From: Octopus sinensis
Taxonomy: Eukaryota
Reading direction: 5' to 3'
DNA length: 64,000 nucleotides
NCBI RefSeq assembly: GCF_006345805.1
Contig: NC_043000.1
Coordinates: 1,798,001-1,862,000 of the forward strand
Positions 36,401 to 48,142 of the stretch are shown one piece after another. The translations under genes and the position numbers were made by a program. Position 1 is the first letter of the stretch, and each line of letters begins with the position of its first letter. The notes under the pieces are model-generated. The model saw only the letters and a program-made list of their open reading frames with translations. It did no database searches and was not told the DNA's origin.

Positions 36401-37117
36401 TATCTGGCAAAGTTTCTACAGCTGGATGCCCTTCCTAACGCCAACCACTCCGTGAGTGTAGTGGGTGCTTTTTACGTGCCACCTGCACTGGAGCCAGGCG
36501 AGGCTGGCATCGGCCACGGTCGGATTGGTGCATTTTACGTGCCACATGCACAGAAGCCAGTCGAGGCGGCACTGGCTTCGGCCACGATTCGGATGGTGCT
36601 TTTTACGTGCCACCTGCACGGAAGCCAGTCGAGGCGGCACTGGCTTCGGGCACGATTCGGATGGTGCTTTTTACGTGCCACCGACACGGATCAATCCATA
36701 TTTAATATCCCCACCTCTTCTCTCTTCCTCTTTCTTATTTCAATACCTGTGTAATGAAAGAGTGCATTGGATCAGTTAGTATTTGATATTCACCATCACC
36801 ATCCTGTACTGCTAGCCATCTCTCCCTCACTTCCAGGTCGTTATTGATCTTCATATTACCATCACCCATTTCCTCATCTATCCAATCCCTTGATCCCTTA
36901 CCAACAAACATGTAACTGCTATCACTGCCCCACTCCCTTTACACTGTGACATTACTGTTTCTTTTCCATTACTCCTTATAGCACCTTTTCTTATACACCA
37001 ATGTTTGGAGTATTGAATCTTTCATTTGTATCATCATCATCATCATTGTTTAACGTCCGTTTTCCGCGCTAGCACGGGTTGGACGGAAAATTGTTGTACT
37101 TAGGGCTAAGCACTCTA

Positions 37118-37387
37118 GAGATAAGTGTACCCCTTAACGTAGTTCTCGGGGAGATTCGGCGTGACAAGGCTGGCTCCCGCTGAAGTACAGGTACAACAGA
37201 AACAGGAAGAGAAAGTTGTGGTGAAAGAGTACAGCAGGGTTCACCACCACCCCCTGCCAGAGCCTCGTGGAGCTTTTAGGTGTCTTCGCTCAATAAACAC
37301 TCACAACGCCCGGTCTGGGAATCGAAACCGCGATCCTGCGACCGCGAGTCCGCTACCCTAACTACTGGGCCATTTGCACCTCCACTA
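37118..37387 (-). mobile_element. SINE family C, partial
   Basis: Reverse complement of the head and body of 41150-41669; related variant at 63480-63766(-). Confidence 0.85.
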
Positions 37388-39659
37388 TAATGGAATCAAA
37401 TTCACACTGTTGTTCTAGAGACCATATATGTAATGATTGCAGTTGTTTCTGATAGTTTAAGTTTCTAACTTGCTTTTATTTACTGCATGAAAGATTTCTA
37501 CAATTTCTCCAGTTAACAGATCAGACTTGACTTAGTATATCAGGCCTTTGTGCCTGGTCTAGTTAGTTCAATCTACAGGTTATTTCCAGAAGGTTAACAT
37601 CGCTGTAAGTGAAAGTATAGCACTGTGGTTTCCATTACTTCTAATTCTACTACCTTCCAGTCCTCTTGGCCAGGTTATTTCCAGAAGGTTAACATCGGTG
37701 TTAAGTTTCTGTAAGTGAAAATTTTTCTACCAGAATTGACAGACCACTGGATGTGTTTGGAGAAAGATTACTTTGCAAACAGCTGTAGCTACATTACTAA
37801 CGCTTTTTTTTTTAATTTGTACAGTTTTCTGTCTGTAAGCGAGACCATGCCATTTTGTGACTTCTTATTTGCCAATTAGTATGTACTTTTTTAATGGCTT
37901 AGTCAGAAAAGGAAGGGCAATAATCATGACCCTTTTCAGGGCTGTTATTTCTAATAAGTCTGGTAATCTGGTAGGAGCTCTATTGTTGGCTCAACTTCTG
38001 CATATTTGTTGTGTTTTGCTCAAGAACACAACACATTACTGACTGATGTATAATTTGAAGCCTTACTATTATTTCCTATTTGACAGAGTGTTTTGAGTAG
38101 GGTTGGGAGAAAGAGTTGAAGGAAGTGTGGTAGGGGACAAGATTTTAAGATAATTAAATGCAATGAAACAAGGTGCAGCTTATAAGATCAGATCAAATAC
38201 TACCATAGCGGTGGCAAAAGATAGGTCAGATTGAGTGCTTATCATGCGGGCCACAGCTCATCATTATTGGTTTAATTTCTGTGTTTCTATGTAGGCTTTG
38301 TTTAGATGGGTCTGCGGTACAGCGTATTAACTTTTGTCATAATCCTTTGTTAATTTCTATCTTGTGTCTTCCTCAGACACACATTGCCTCTATTTTCAGC
38401 ACAATTGTATTTAGCATCCCTTTCTTGTCCATTTATATTACATGCCCACACCAATACATCATGCATCAGCTGATGTCTTTGGAGCCAGCTGTTCTCTCAG
38501 CCCTCACACATTGATAGTATATAAGAAGTAGGATGGTGTTGAGCACTGAATTATTATTTGAGGGTCAATCTATGTACATGTGTAGTGTGTAATATTCTGA
38601 AGAGAAACAGTAATATCTCTTACTCTTTTTACTCTTTTACTTGTTTCAGTCATTTGACTGCGGCCATGCTGGAGCACCTCCTTTAGTCAAGCAAATCGAC
38701 CCCGGGACTTATTCTTTGTAAGCCCAGTACTTATTCTATCAGTCTCTTTTGCCGAACCACTAAGTGATGGGGACGTAAACACACCAGCATCAGTTGTCAA
38801 GCAATGCTAGGGGGACAAACACAGATACACAAACGTATACACACACGCATACATATATACATATATACGACAGGCTTCTTTCAGTTTCTGTCTACCAAAT
38901 CCACTCACAAGGCATTGGTCGGCCCGGGGCTATAGCAGAAGACACTTGCCCAAGATGCCACGCAATGGGACTGAACCTGGAACCATGTAGTTGGTTAGCA
39001 AGCTACTTACCACACAGCCACTCCTACACCTATATATTTATTATAATGCAAAATATCTAGAGAGGGATGCAATAGTTATTTACTGCATAGTATGATCAAA
39101 TGGTTAAGAAATTCATTTTGCAACCATGTGATCCAAGGCATCTTGAGCAAGCATCATTTTCTAAATACTTGGTCTAACTCATACATTGTAAGTAAAATGG
39201 GGGTGGATGGAAACTGTTTAGAAGCCTGTTGGATGGATTGTGGTTGTAATTCAAAAAGTACTAATTGTCATACTAATTGTGCCTGAGAATTACACTAACA
39301 GTAAATATGTCCAGAATGCTTGACCATTTGTACATTGATTCAGGAGCAAGTTATTCAGTTGACCAAACAATGGAACCCTCGTTGTTATAGTGACCAAATG
39401 TTCATGTCGCACATTAGCTCACTCTCTCCATCAAATCAACATTATCTGAACAGGTGATCGCAGAGCTATGTGAGATGAAGTGTTTTGCTCAAGAACACAA
39501 CACACCACTTGGTCTAGGAATTGAAATCACAATCACTAGATTGTGAGTGCAACATCCTAACCACTAGGCCATGTGCCCTTACACACACACACACACACAC
39601 ACAATTACCTAATTGATTATTCAATTATCAGAAAGATTTCTTACTCATTAGCCAATTAA

Positions 39660-40246
39660 CCCCTTACCCAACAATTATTTTGAAAATAAATGTATTTTTT
39701 CAGACATATTTTTTAATTGTTTTATTTGACTATGTTTTGAATGGTAATTTCGAGGTATATTTCAAACCTTATTTATTATGAATTTTAATTCAATAATATT
39801 GATTTTAAATTACCGCTTTGGGCAGAAACGAGTTAACCCGTTTTTTTTCATAAATCATATTACTTCTACAAAAAATCATGTTATTTTATTTGGTTATCGA
39901 CATGGTGGGGTTATAATATAAAGGTATAAAAAAAAAACAACGTAAAAACAAAGTGAATACTTCTATTCATAAAAGGTGCCTTCCAACCCTTCGACTGTCT
40001 CCAGGTGACTAAATCATACTCGGTCTTCAATGCCTTACTCAAGCGAAAGGTGGCAGAAATCGTCACTGCCAGACGTATAAAGTGAGCGAATATACTCGCA
40101 TATGTCAAAAAAGAGTTTATAATAGACAAAGGAACTCGTTTGCTGTCGATTTTGGCGAGTCTATCTTTTGACGAGTTAACTCGCCAGAGATAGAAAAAAA
40201 ACGATTTCGGTCAAAACGCATATATTCGTTTCTGCCGGGTAAGGGG
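39660..40246. mobile_element. Non-autonomous piggyBac-like element
   Basis: TTAA|CCCCTTACCC ... GGGTAAGGGG|TTAA (10-bp perfect TIR, TTAA TSD). Confidence 0.75.
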
Positions 40247-41149
40247 TTAAGAAATTAAATGTAATAAATCAGTTAAATTGTAAAGAAATGCTTAGAGCAG
40301 TTAACTATTAATAATGGGTCCACAACCACGTTAAAAGGTGACTGAGGATTAGAAATACCTAGACTGGCATGAAATAAGGGACAATCTGTTGCAGATCTTA
40401 AATAGCTGCACTCAGAACGGGCAGAAACATTAGCACGCCAGGTGAAATGCTTGGCAGTGTTTCATCTGTCTTTACATTCTGGGTTCAAATTCAGCTGAAG
40501 TCAATTTTGCCTTTCATCCTTTCGGGGTTGATAAATTAAGTACCAGTTGCATATTGGAGTTGATTATATCAACTGGCCCCCTCCCCAAAAATTTCGGGCT
40601 TTGTGCCTAGAGTAGAAAGTCTGGTTGATTGCATTTTCCTCGCTAAAAAGAACAAAAAGGTCATATCATTTGTTGTGCATGCAGTTAGTAGGAAGTGGAT
40701 AGCTTTTATCAATGTCTTTTACTATCACAAATTACTCGACTGTGAAGGAGATTTGGAACCTGTTGTCTGTCAGAAACATTGGAGCACAACAGAAAGTTGT
40801 TGAAAAATTTGATCACATGACCCATGTAGCCAGTATATCTAGCAATTTATTTTAACTTGCCAACACTGCCACATTAATCTGCCATATTTTTGTTAGTTTG
40901 TAAATGGCTGGCTGAATGTTTATTATTCCATTGGTCCTGTTGTCCAATCATATCTTCTTACCTAGTCTTCCTCGTCAGCTGCCTGTGATCAAGAGACTCA
41001 CATATTACAGTAATGTCGCATGCATAATATATGTCTTTTCCTATCTTAACTTCCTTTTTAGTTTATCTGCACTATCTAGACTATTAAAATTATTTTTCTT
41101 TCAGCATTTCAGCCCAGCTACATTCATTTCTCTAGTACATGTTACCGGT

Positions 41150-41669
41150 GTGGAGGCGCAATGGCCCAGTGGTTAGGGCAGCGGACTCGCGGTCGTAGGA
41201 TCGCGGTTTCGATTCCCAGACCGGGCGTTGTGAGTGTTTCATCATCATCATCATCATCGTTTAGCGTCCGTTTTCCATGCTAAACGATGATGATGATGAT
41301 GAAACACTCACAACGCCCGGTCTGGGAATCAAAACCGCGATCCTACGACCGCGAGTCCGCTGCCCTAGTTTATTGAGTGAAAACACCTAAAAGCTCCACG
41401 AGGCTCCGGCAGGGGATGGTGGTGATCCCTGCTGTACTCTTTCGCCACGACTTTCTCTCACTCTTACTTCCTGTTTCTGTTGTACCTGTATTTCAAAGGG
41501 CCGGCCTTGTCACTCTCTGTGTCACGCTGAATATCCCCGAGAACTACGTTAAGGGTACACGTGTCTGTGGAGTGCTCAGCCACTTACACGTTAATTTCAT
41601 GAGCAGGCTGTTCCGTTGATTCGGATCAACCGGAACCCTCGTCTTCGGAACCGACGGAGTGCTTCCACC
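41150..41669 (+). mobile_element. SINE family C, full length with 13-bp TSD, carrying an internal fold-back insertion
   Basis: ACATGTTACCGGT at 41137-41149 and 41670-41682; A-box TGGCCCAGTGGTT, B-box GGTTTCGATTCCC. Confidence 0.9.
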
Positions 41670-42254
41670 ACATGTTACCGGTAGATGATGCAGGGCTCCT
41701 GTTTTACTTGCTGCTGGCCATAGACTCTGTATCAATAACCTGCTCATATTTTATAATAATGTCACAAATTGATTTACTGTTGTAGGGCAATTCCAAGTCG
41801 GTTCTGATCCAACAGAATTATAGAACACAGGTAGTCAGTCGAACACCTTTTTTTTATAGGTGTAGGCATGGCTGTGTGGGTGAGAACTTCATTTCCCAGC
41901 CACATGTGTGGCACCTTGGGCAAGTATCTTCTACTACAACCTCATACCAACCAAAGCCTTCTGAGTGGATTTGGTAGATGGAAACTGAAAGAAGCCTGTC
42001 GCGTATATGTGTGTGTGTCTTTGTGTCTGTTTGTCCCCCCCACTTCTTGACAACTGGTTCTGGTGTGTTCTTGTTCCTGTAACTTAGCAGTTCGGCGAAA
42101 GAGAGCAATAAAATAAGCACCAGGCTTTAAAAATAAATATTGGGGTCAATTCATTCAACTAAAGATACTCCAAGGCAGTACCCCAGCATGGCCACAGTCT
42201 AATGACTGAAACAAGTAAAAGGTAAAAGACATATATATATATATATATATATAA

Positions 42255-42660
42255 CTAGCAGTGTCACCCGGCGTTGCTCGGATTTGTAAGGGAAATAACT
42301 ATATAAGCATTTTTAGAGAGTTATAGCCAAAAAATAGCAAAAAAAATGCATTAAAAATGGAAAAAAAATTATGGTAAACTTTTTTTTTTTTTTAATCGTT
42401 GACTCATCGTAGACATTTTTAGAGAGTTACTTCCCTTATATAATAGCGAAAAAAATGCATTAAAATGGGGAAAAAATGATGATAAATTTTTTTTTAAATC
42501 GTAGACTCATCATAGACGCGCACTAATACCCAGAAGGGCTTGATATGAATCACGACTATAAGGTACCCGGTTTTGGTTAAACTGCACCGCAAAATGTGGG
42601 AGTAGTTAGGAATCTAAATCGTAGGAGACAGACACACAACCTTACTTTTATATATAAAGA
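42255..42660 (-). mobile_element. Non-autonomous Helitron with an internal ~105-bp tandem duplication
   Basis: A^TC start, terminal CCGAGCAACGCCGGG hairpin and CTAG^T, same architecture as 5051-5482. Confidence 0.78.
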
Positions 42661-45168
42661 TTTATTTACACACTTCTGCCCATGTACCTAAGAATGATGC
42701 TGGATATCTCATTATGCAGTTGTTAATTGTATGAGGCACAGTGTCACAGTTAGTACATGTTTTATTCTCATTGTCTAAGATCATTTCCATATGCCTATTG
42801 TTCAAACCCTAATCAGCCTTGACTGAGTAGACCTCAGATCAACTGTATTTAACCCTTTAGCATTTAAACTGGCCATATCCGGCCAAAAGTATTCTGCCTG
42901 TTTTATGTTCAAACTGGTCAGATCTGGCTTCTCACACCAACCTTACAATATCGTTTTAAAAATTAACAGTTGCCCCATCAAAATCTCAAACCCACAAGAT
43001 AATGCATGATTAGTTCAAAACAATGTAAATGAAGAAGCATTAATTTTGGCAGAATAATGCAAACACTAAAGGGTTAAACTGTGACCATCCCATAGTGGCC
43101 ACTGCAAAGTGGGTTAAGTGGTTGACTCAGAACATGATAGTTGCCATTCTACTACACTTTCATGGTGTTCATCTCAGTATAGTGTTTAGGGCAGATGCTA
43201 TTTGATGCTTTTATTGTTTTTTGTGTTCTTTTCTGCTTATCTGGACTGAATGAGGGGGTTAATGTTTTTAGGATTGTATTGCAGATGTATCTAAACTGAG
43301 GGGGTGGGATATTTTGAACTGTTAAGGATATGTCCAGTTGATGTACCACCAAGGTCTGTGAGAGTTGAAGTATACTACAATAGCAAACTGTGCCTCAGTT
43401 GTTTAGATAAGCATTTTTGTTTGTTTGTGTGTGTATGATGCTTGACTCCAGCTCATTCATAACCATTTCTAACAATACACAGCTTATGTGTTCCAATTAA
43501 TTTTCAAAACAGCCAAGGATTTGAAGATGGATTTTATGATTTTTTTTTTTTTTTTTTTTTTTTCTTCATTATATTAAGATAGTGTTTGGATTACACTTTC
43601 ACTAAAGGTTCTTGCACATGGAACTTTTATCTTCTGAAATATTGTGTTAGCATTGGCTGTTAAGGGCTGATTTAACCCTTTAGTGTTCAGATTATTCTCT
43701 CAAATGTGATGTTTATTTATTTATATTGTTTTGAATTAATCATGTACTATCTTGTAGTTTAGAGATTACAGTGATGTAATTTTTTTAGTTTTAGAATGAC
43801 ATGGTAGGGCTGAGGTAAGAGGTGAGCTCTGGTCACTTTCAATATAAAACAGGTTAAATACTCTGGCCGGATATGGCCGGTTTGAATGCTAAAGGGTTAA
43901 GATGCGATGTTAACATGGGGTTGTTAATATAATTCCAAGTTAATATGTTTGGCTAGGTTGGTAACAGTGGGACTAGGGGCAGCCTCTGGTAAATTCATAT
44001 TGAAAGGGCTCCTACTAAGCATAACTACCAACCTTTGCAGTGAGTTGGCTATAGTGAGTATTACTCTGCTCTTAGTTTTCTTTACCTTCCAAACATTGTA
44101 CTTGGGCTCCCTCTGCTAAATTTTAAGAGGTGGAAGTTAGTAGCAGGGACCAGGTTCAACTAAATTGAAATACAACCTAAAGTTGAGTCTCCTGGATTTT
44201 TGTTTGCTTGTTTTGCATGTAAAAAGCACCATCCGTTCGTGGCCGTTGCCAGCGCCGCCCTGACTGGCCTCGTGCCGGTGGCACGTAAAAAGTACCATCC
44301 GTTCGTGGCCGTTGCCAGCCTCGCCTGGAACCACCATCCGTTTATGGCCGTTGCCAGCACCGCCCCGACTGGCCCCGTGCCGGTGGCACGTAAAATGCAC
44401 CATCTGTCCGTGGCCGTTTGCCAGCCTCGCCTGGCACCTGTGCGGATGGCAAGTAAAAAGCACCCATAACACTCACGGAGTGGTTGGCGTTAGGAAGGGC
44501 ATCCAGCTGTAGAATCACTGCCAGATCAGACTGGGCCTGGTGCAGCCTCCTGGCTTCACAGACCCCAGTAGAACCGTCCAACCCATGCTAGCATGGAAAA
44601 CGGACGCTAAACGATGATGATGATGATGTGTTGTTACTCAGATTCTCAATCAAAATCCTGGTGAAGAGGTTTCAATAGCTTAACATCAGTGTGGTTAGCT
44701 GCAGAAAATACATTTATGACCAATATCAATCATCTCTAGCAGTTACTGTGTAAGGGAATTGCATATTCCCGTAGAACAGATTATAACTACAGATTTGAGT
44801 TAACAGCCAGAAACACATCTATTATAAATAAGAATAATGTATTATCTATTTGACAGAAGATCAGTTTGTATGTATGGGGAAGTATTATTTGCTTGACAAT
44901 ACTGTATTTCAGACGTCTACAGATTATATAATGATGATGAATTAATAAAATATGTGGTCGATATGTACTGCTATCCACTATTTAGTGAATTAATGAACAT
45001 CAGGGACCAATGTGATGTATTGCTGAAGAATAGTAGGGAACCAGCACAATATATCAATGTAGTACATTGTAGAATATTAGGGAGCAGTATAATATATATC
45101 ACAGTATAACATTGAGAAGTCAGACAATATAACGTTGTTGTACATAAACGAAATTTAAACAAAATTTA

Positions 45169-45800
45169 GGGATCTTTACCTTTTGACCGACAGATTTAAA
45201 AAATAATTTTTCGTAACTAAACACTTTCAAACTTCGGCCACTGGTAGAATGTTTCATATAAAACATCTTTTACTTTTAGTGTTTTTGAGAAAAGCTTATA
45301 TTTAGGAAGTTATTTCATGTTAAAGTTGTAGTATTTCAGTAATTTCAACCAATCAATGACACGTATTCAGCTGAATAAAATGACTGCCGTTGTTTGTCGA
45401 CAACAACTATCGGTGGTGTATTTTTCGTTTGTCACTGTTATTTATGACATCGTTCGTGCATTTGTACTGGTTTTAGCTTTAAGGTTTTGGAGTTAGGGTT
45501 ATGGTTTTAGGGTAAGGATTAGGGTTGTCAACAGTGACAAACGAAATATACACCACCAGAAGTTCTTGTTAACAAACAACAGCAGTCATTTTATTCAGCT
45601 GAATACACATCATTGATTGGTTGAAATTACCGAAATGCTACAACTTTAACGTGAAATAACTTCCTAACTATAAGCTTTTCTCAAAAACGCTAAGAGTAAA
45701 AGATGTTTTATATGACACATTCTACCAGTGGCCGAAGTTTGAAAGTGTTTAGTTACAAAAAATTATTTTTTAAATCTGTCAGTCAAAAGATAAAGATCCC
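45169..45800. mobile_element. Fold-back element with ~270-bp TIRs starting GGGATCTT and a TTAGGG-like core; relative at 61580-61988
   Basis: Arms read as reverse complements; the second copy shares the terminal motif and subterminal sequence. Superfamily unassigned. Confidence 0.8.
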
Positions 45801-48095
45801 ACTATTAACCACTATGTTGCAGACATAGACCTACAACTGACTTAACCCTTTAGTATTTAAATTGGCCATATCAGGTCCTAATATTTTATCTGTTCTGTGC
45901 TTAAACTGGCTAGATCCAGCACACTTAACCTATAATGTCATTCTTAAAATTTACGATCATATAATCGAAATATCGAAGCTACAAGATAATAAATAATAAA
46001 TTCAAAACAATTTGAATAATTAAGCATTACATCCAACAGAATAATCTGAAAGCTAAAGGGTTAATGCTCTACATCAGCAGCCAAACAATACATCGTTTCC
46101 TTCACATGCTAGTCCTTTGCAATAACACACGCTTCATTAAATCTGGGTTTTGTTTTCAGAAGCATAAAGCACTTCAATATTGAACACCTGCTCACTTCTG
46201 TACTGTGTATGAGTGTAATGGTTACGTGTCTTGGACAGATTAACCACCAAAGTGCATGCTGCTGGGTAACTAACCCTTTAGTTAGCAACACTGTGTAACT
46301 CTTTCTCTTCCTACAACATCTGTTATTGCTCAAGCTAATGGGGAAGCCAATATACAAGTCCTTCTACCACAGAACTCTGTGCTCTGCTTATATCTACTCC
46401 TCTTTCACACAATCACTGACTTGCAACAGCTTGAAATGAATATTGATTGCATTATCTCTCCTCTCCACCCAAGGTGAAGACAGTTGAAAAGGCTATAATT
46501 AACACTGTCCTTCCTTGTTGGAATAACTAATAAGGAAGAAATTTGAATCGTATACTCACATATATTGGGTGGTGGTAATGGTGCTACACACACACACACA
46601 CACACATATCCTAGGCGTAGCAAAAAACTTCCGCACTAACACACTACAACCACTAACTCACAAAAATGCCTTTTCATCTTTTTTCCTCTTCTATCACTAT
46701 TACAATGCTTTGTTTCTCTGAACTTGTTAGATTCATGCATATCTTTTCCCCACCTCAGCTCCATGCCTGCAAGCATTGTTCCACAAATGTTCTAACCAAA
46801 TGCCAAATTGGAAGAGCCTCATAGATTATGGACATTAGCTCTTTGCTGCTAATAATGTTATTAAAAAGAAAGAAGAAAAAAGGCTTAGTTTTAGTAAATC
46901 GTAGAGTAGCTTTAACCCTTTCGTTACTGTATTTATTTTCAGATGCTCTGTGTTTCTTCCAATTACTTTAAATATAACAAAGAATAACTTAGTTATCATT
47001 CAGCTAGTTTTAGGAACATAAATTGTGACTAAGGTTTGGTGGAAGATTTTAATTCAGAACTTTTGAAAACCAGACATTTGTACTAAAGAGCCAGAGCCGG
47101 TTTCAGCCGGGTTGGTAACGAAAGGGTTAACCCTTAAGCATTTAAACCAGCCAGATCCAGCCTATCACACCTACCTTTCAATGCTTTTCTAAGAATATAC
47201 AATCACATCATCAACATTTCGAAGCTACAGATTAATGCAAGATTAATTCATAACCGTCTGAATGGGAAAGCGTTACTTTTGACGGAATAATCTGAATGCT
47301 AAACGGTTAAATGAAGGACAGTGTCTAGAATTAGCATGCTGGTGGTGATGGTCAGTATTGGCAGGAATCTGATTGAAAACACAAGTGCCTGTTTTCTTGT
47401 GTGACAAACGATTTTATTAGAACATTTGTTTCTTTACTACCCACAAGGGGCTAAACACAGAGGGGACAAACAAGGACAGACAAACGGATTAAGTCGATTA
47501 CATCGACCCCAGTGCGTAACTGGTACTTAATTTATCGACCCTGAAAGGATGAAAGGCAAAGTTAACCTCAGCGGAATTTGAACTCGGAATGTAACAGCAG
47601 GCAAAATACAGCTACGCATTTCGCCCAGCGTGCTAACGGTTCTGCCAGCTCGCCACCTTAGAAATTGTTCTGACATTAAAAGGGAAAGTGTACAGGTCTA
47701 ACAGCAAGTAGTATTGAAATAGAGTTTCCTTTCACTTACTCAAATGAGGTAAAAGATTCTTGTATCTTCTACTTAAGAAATATGTTTGTTGTAATGTGTC
47801 TTAATATTTTTTTGTCTTAGGCAACAAGCTGGCAGAATCATTAGCACACCAGGCAAAATGCTTGGCAGCATTTTGTCCATCTTTATGTTCTGAGTTCAAT
47901 TTTCACCAAGGTTGACATTGCCTTTCATCCTTCTAGGGTCAGTAAAACAAGTACCAGTTTAGCACGGGAATCAATGTAATTGATTTACTCCCTTTCCCAA
48001 AATTGCTGGCCTTGTGCCAAAATTTGAAACTAATATTTTCTTTGTTTCTTATGTCCCCTTTAATAAAGGTCTTTTTTTTTCTGTTTTTTTTTCAG

Positions 48096-48142
48096 CTTCC
48101 AAACTAGTGGCTGGTGTGTGCTCTAAATACTTGCAGAGAAAG
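48096..48142 (+). CDS. LEMD3: LEMD3 coding exon 2 (47 nt; (A)SKLVAGVCSKYLQRK)
   Basis: Long T-tract then TTCAG| acceptor, donor AAG|GTAAAG; starts phase 1 and ends phase 0, fitting exon 1 and exon 3; no stop. Little direct sequence similarity I can recognise, so support is mainly splice signals and phase. Confidence 0.72.

Noticed and set aside
36332-36779. Recurrent ORFs starting MLAWVGRF, MSSNARGTN or containing WYLIYRPRKDERQ
   Set aside because: Chance frames through RTE 3'UTRs and SINEs; they recur because the repeats do.
37030-37091. Second fold-back at a very short RTE tail (GGACGG-AAAA)
   Set aside because: Only 4 nt of possible templated extension, which is compatible with chance.
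41150-41232. tRNA-like A/B boxes here and at SINE A and B heads
   Set aside because: They continue into SINE bodies with TSDs and lack a complete cloverleaf; not tRNA genes.
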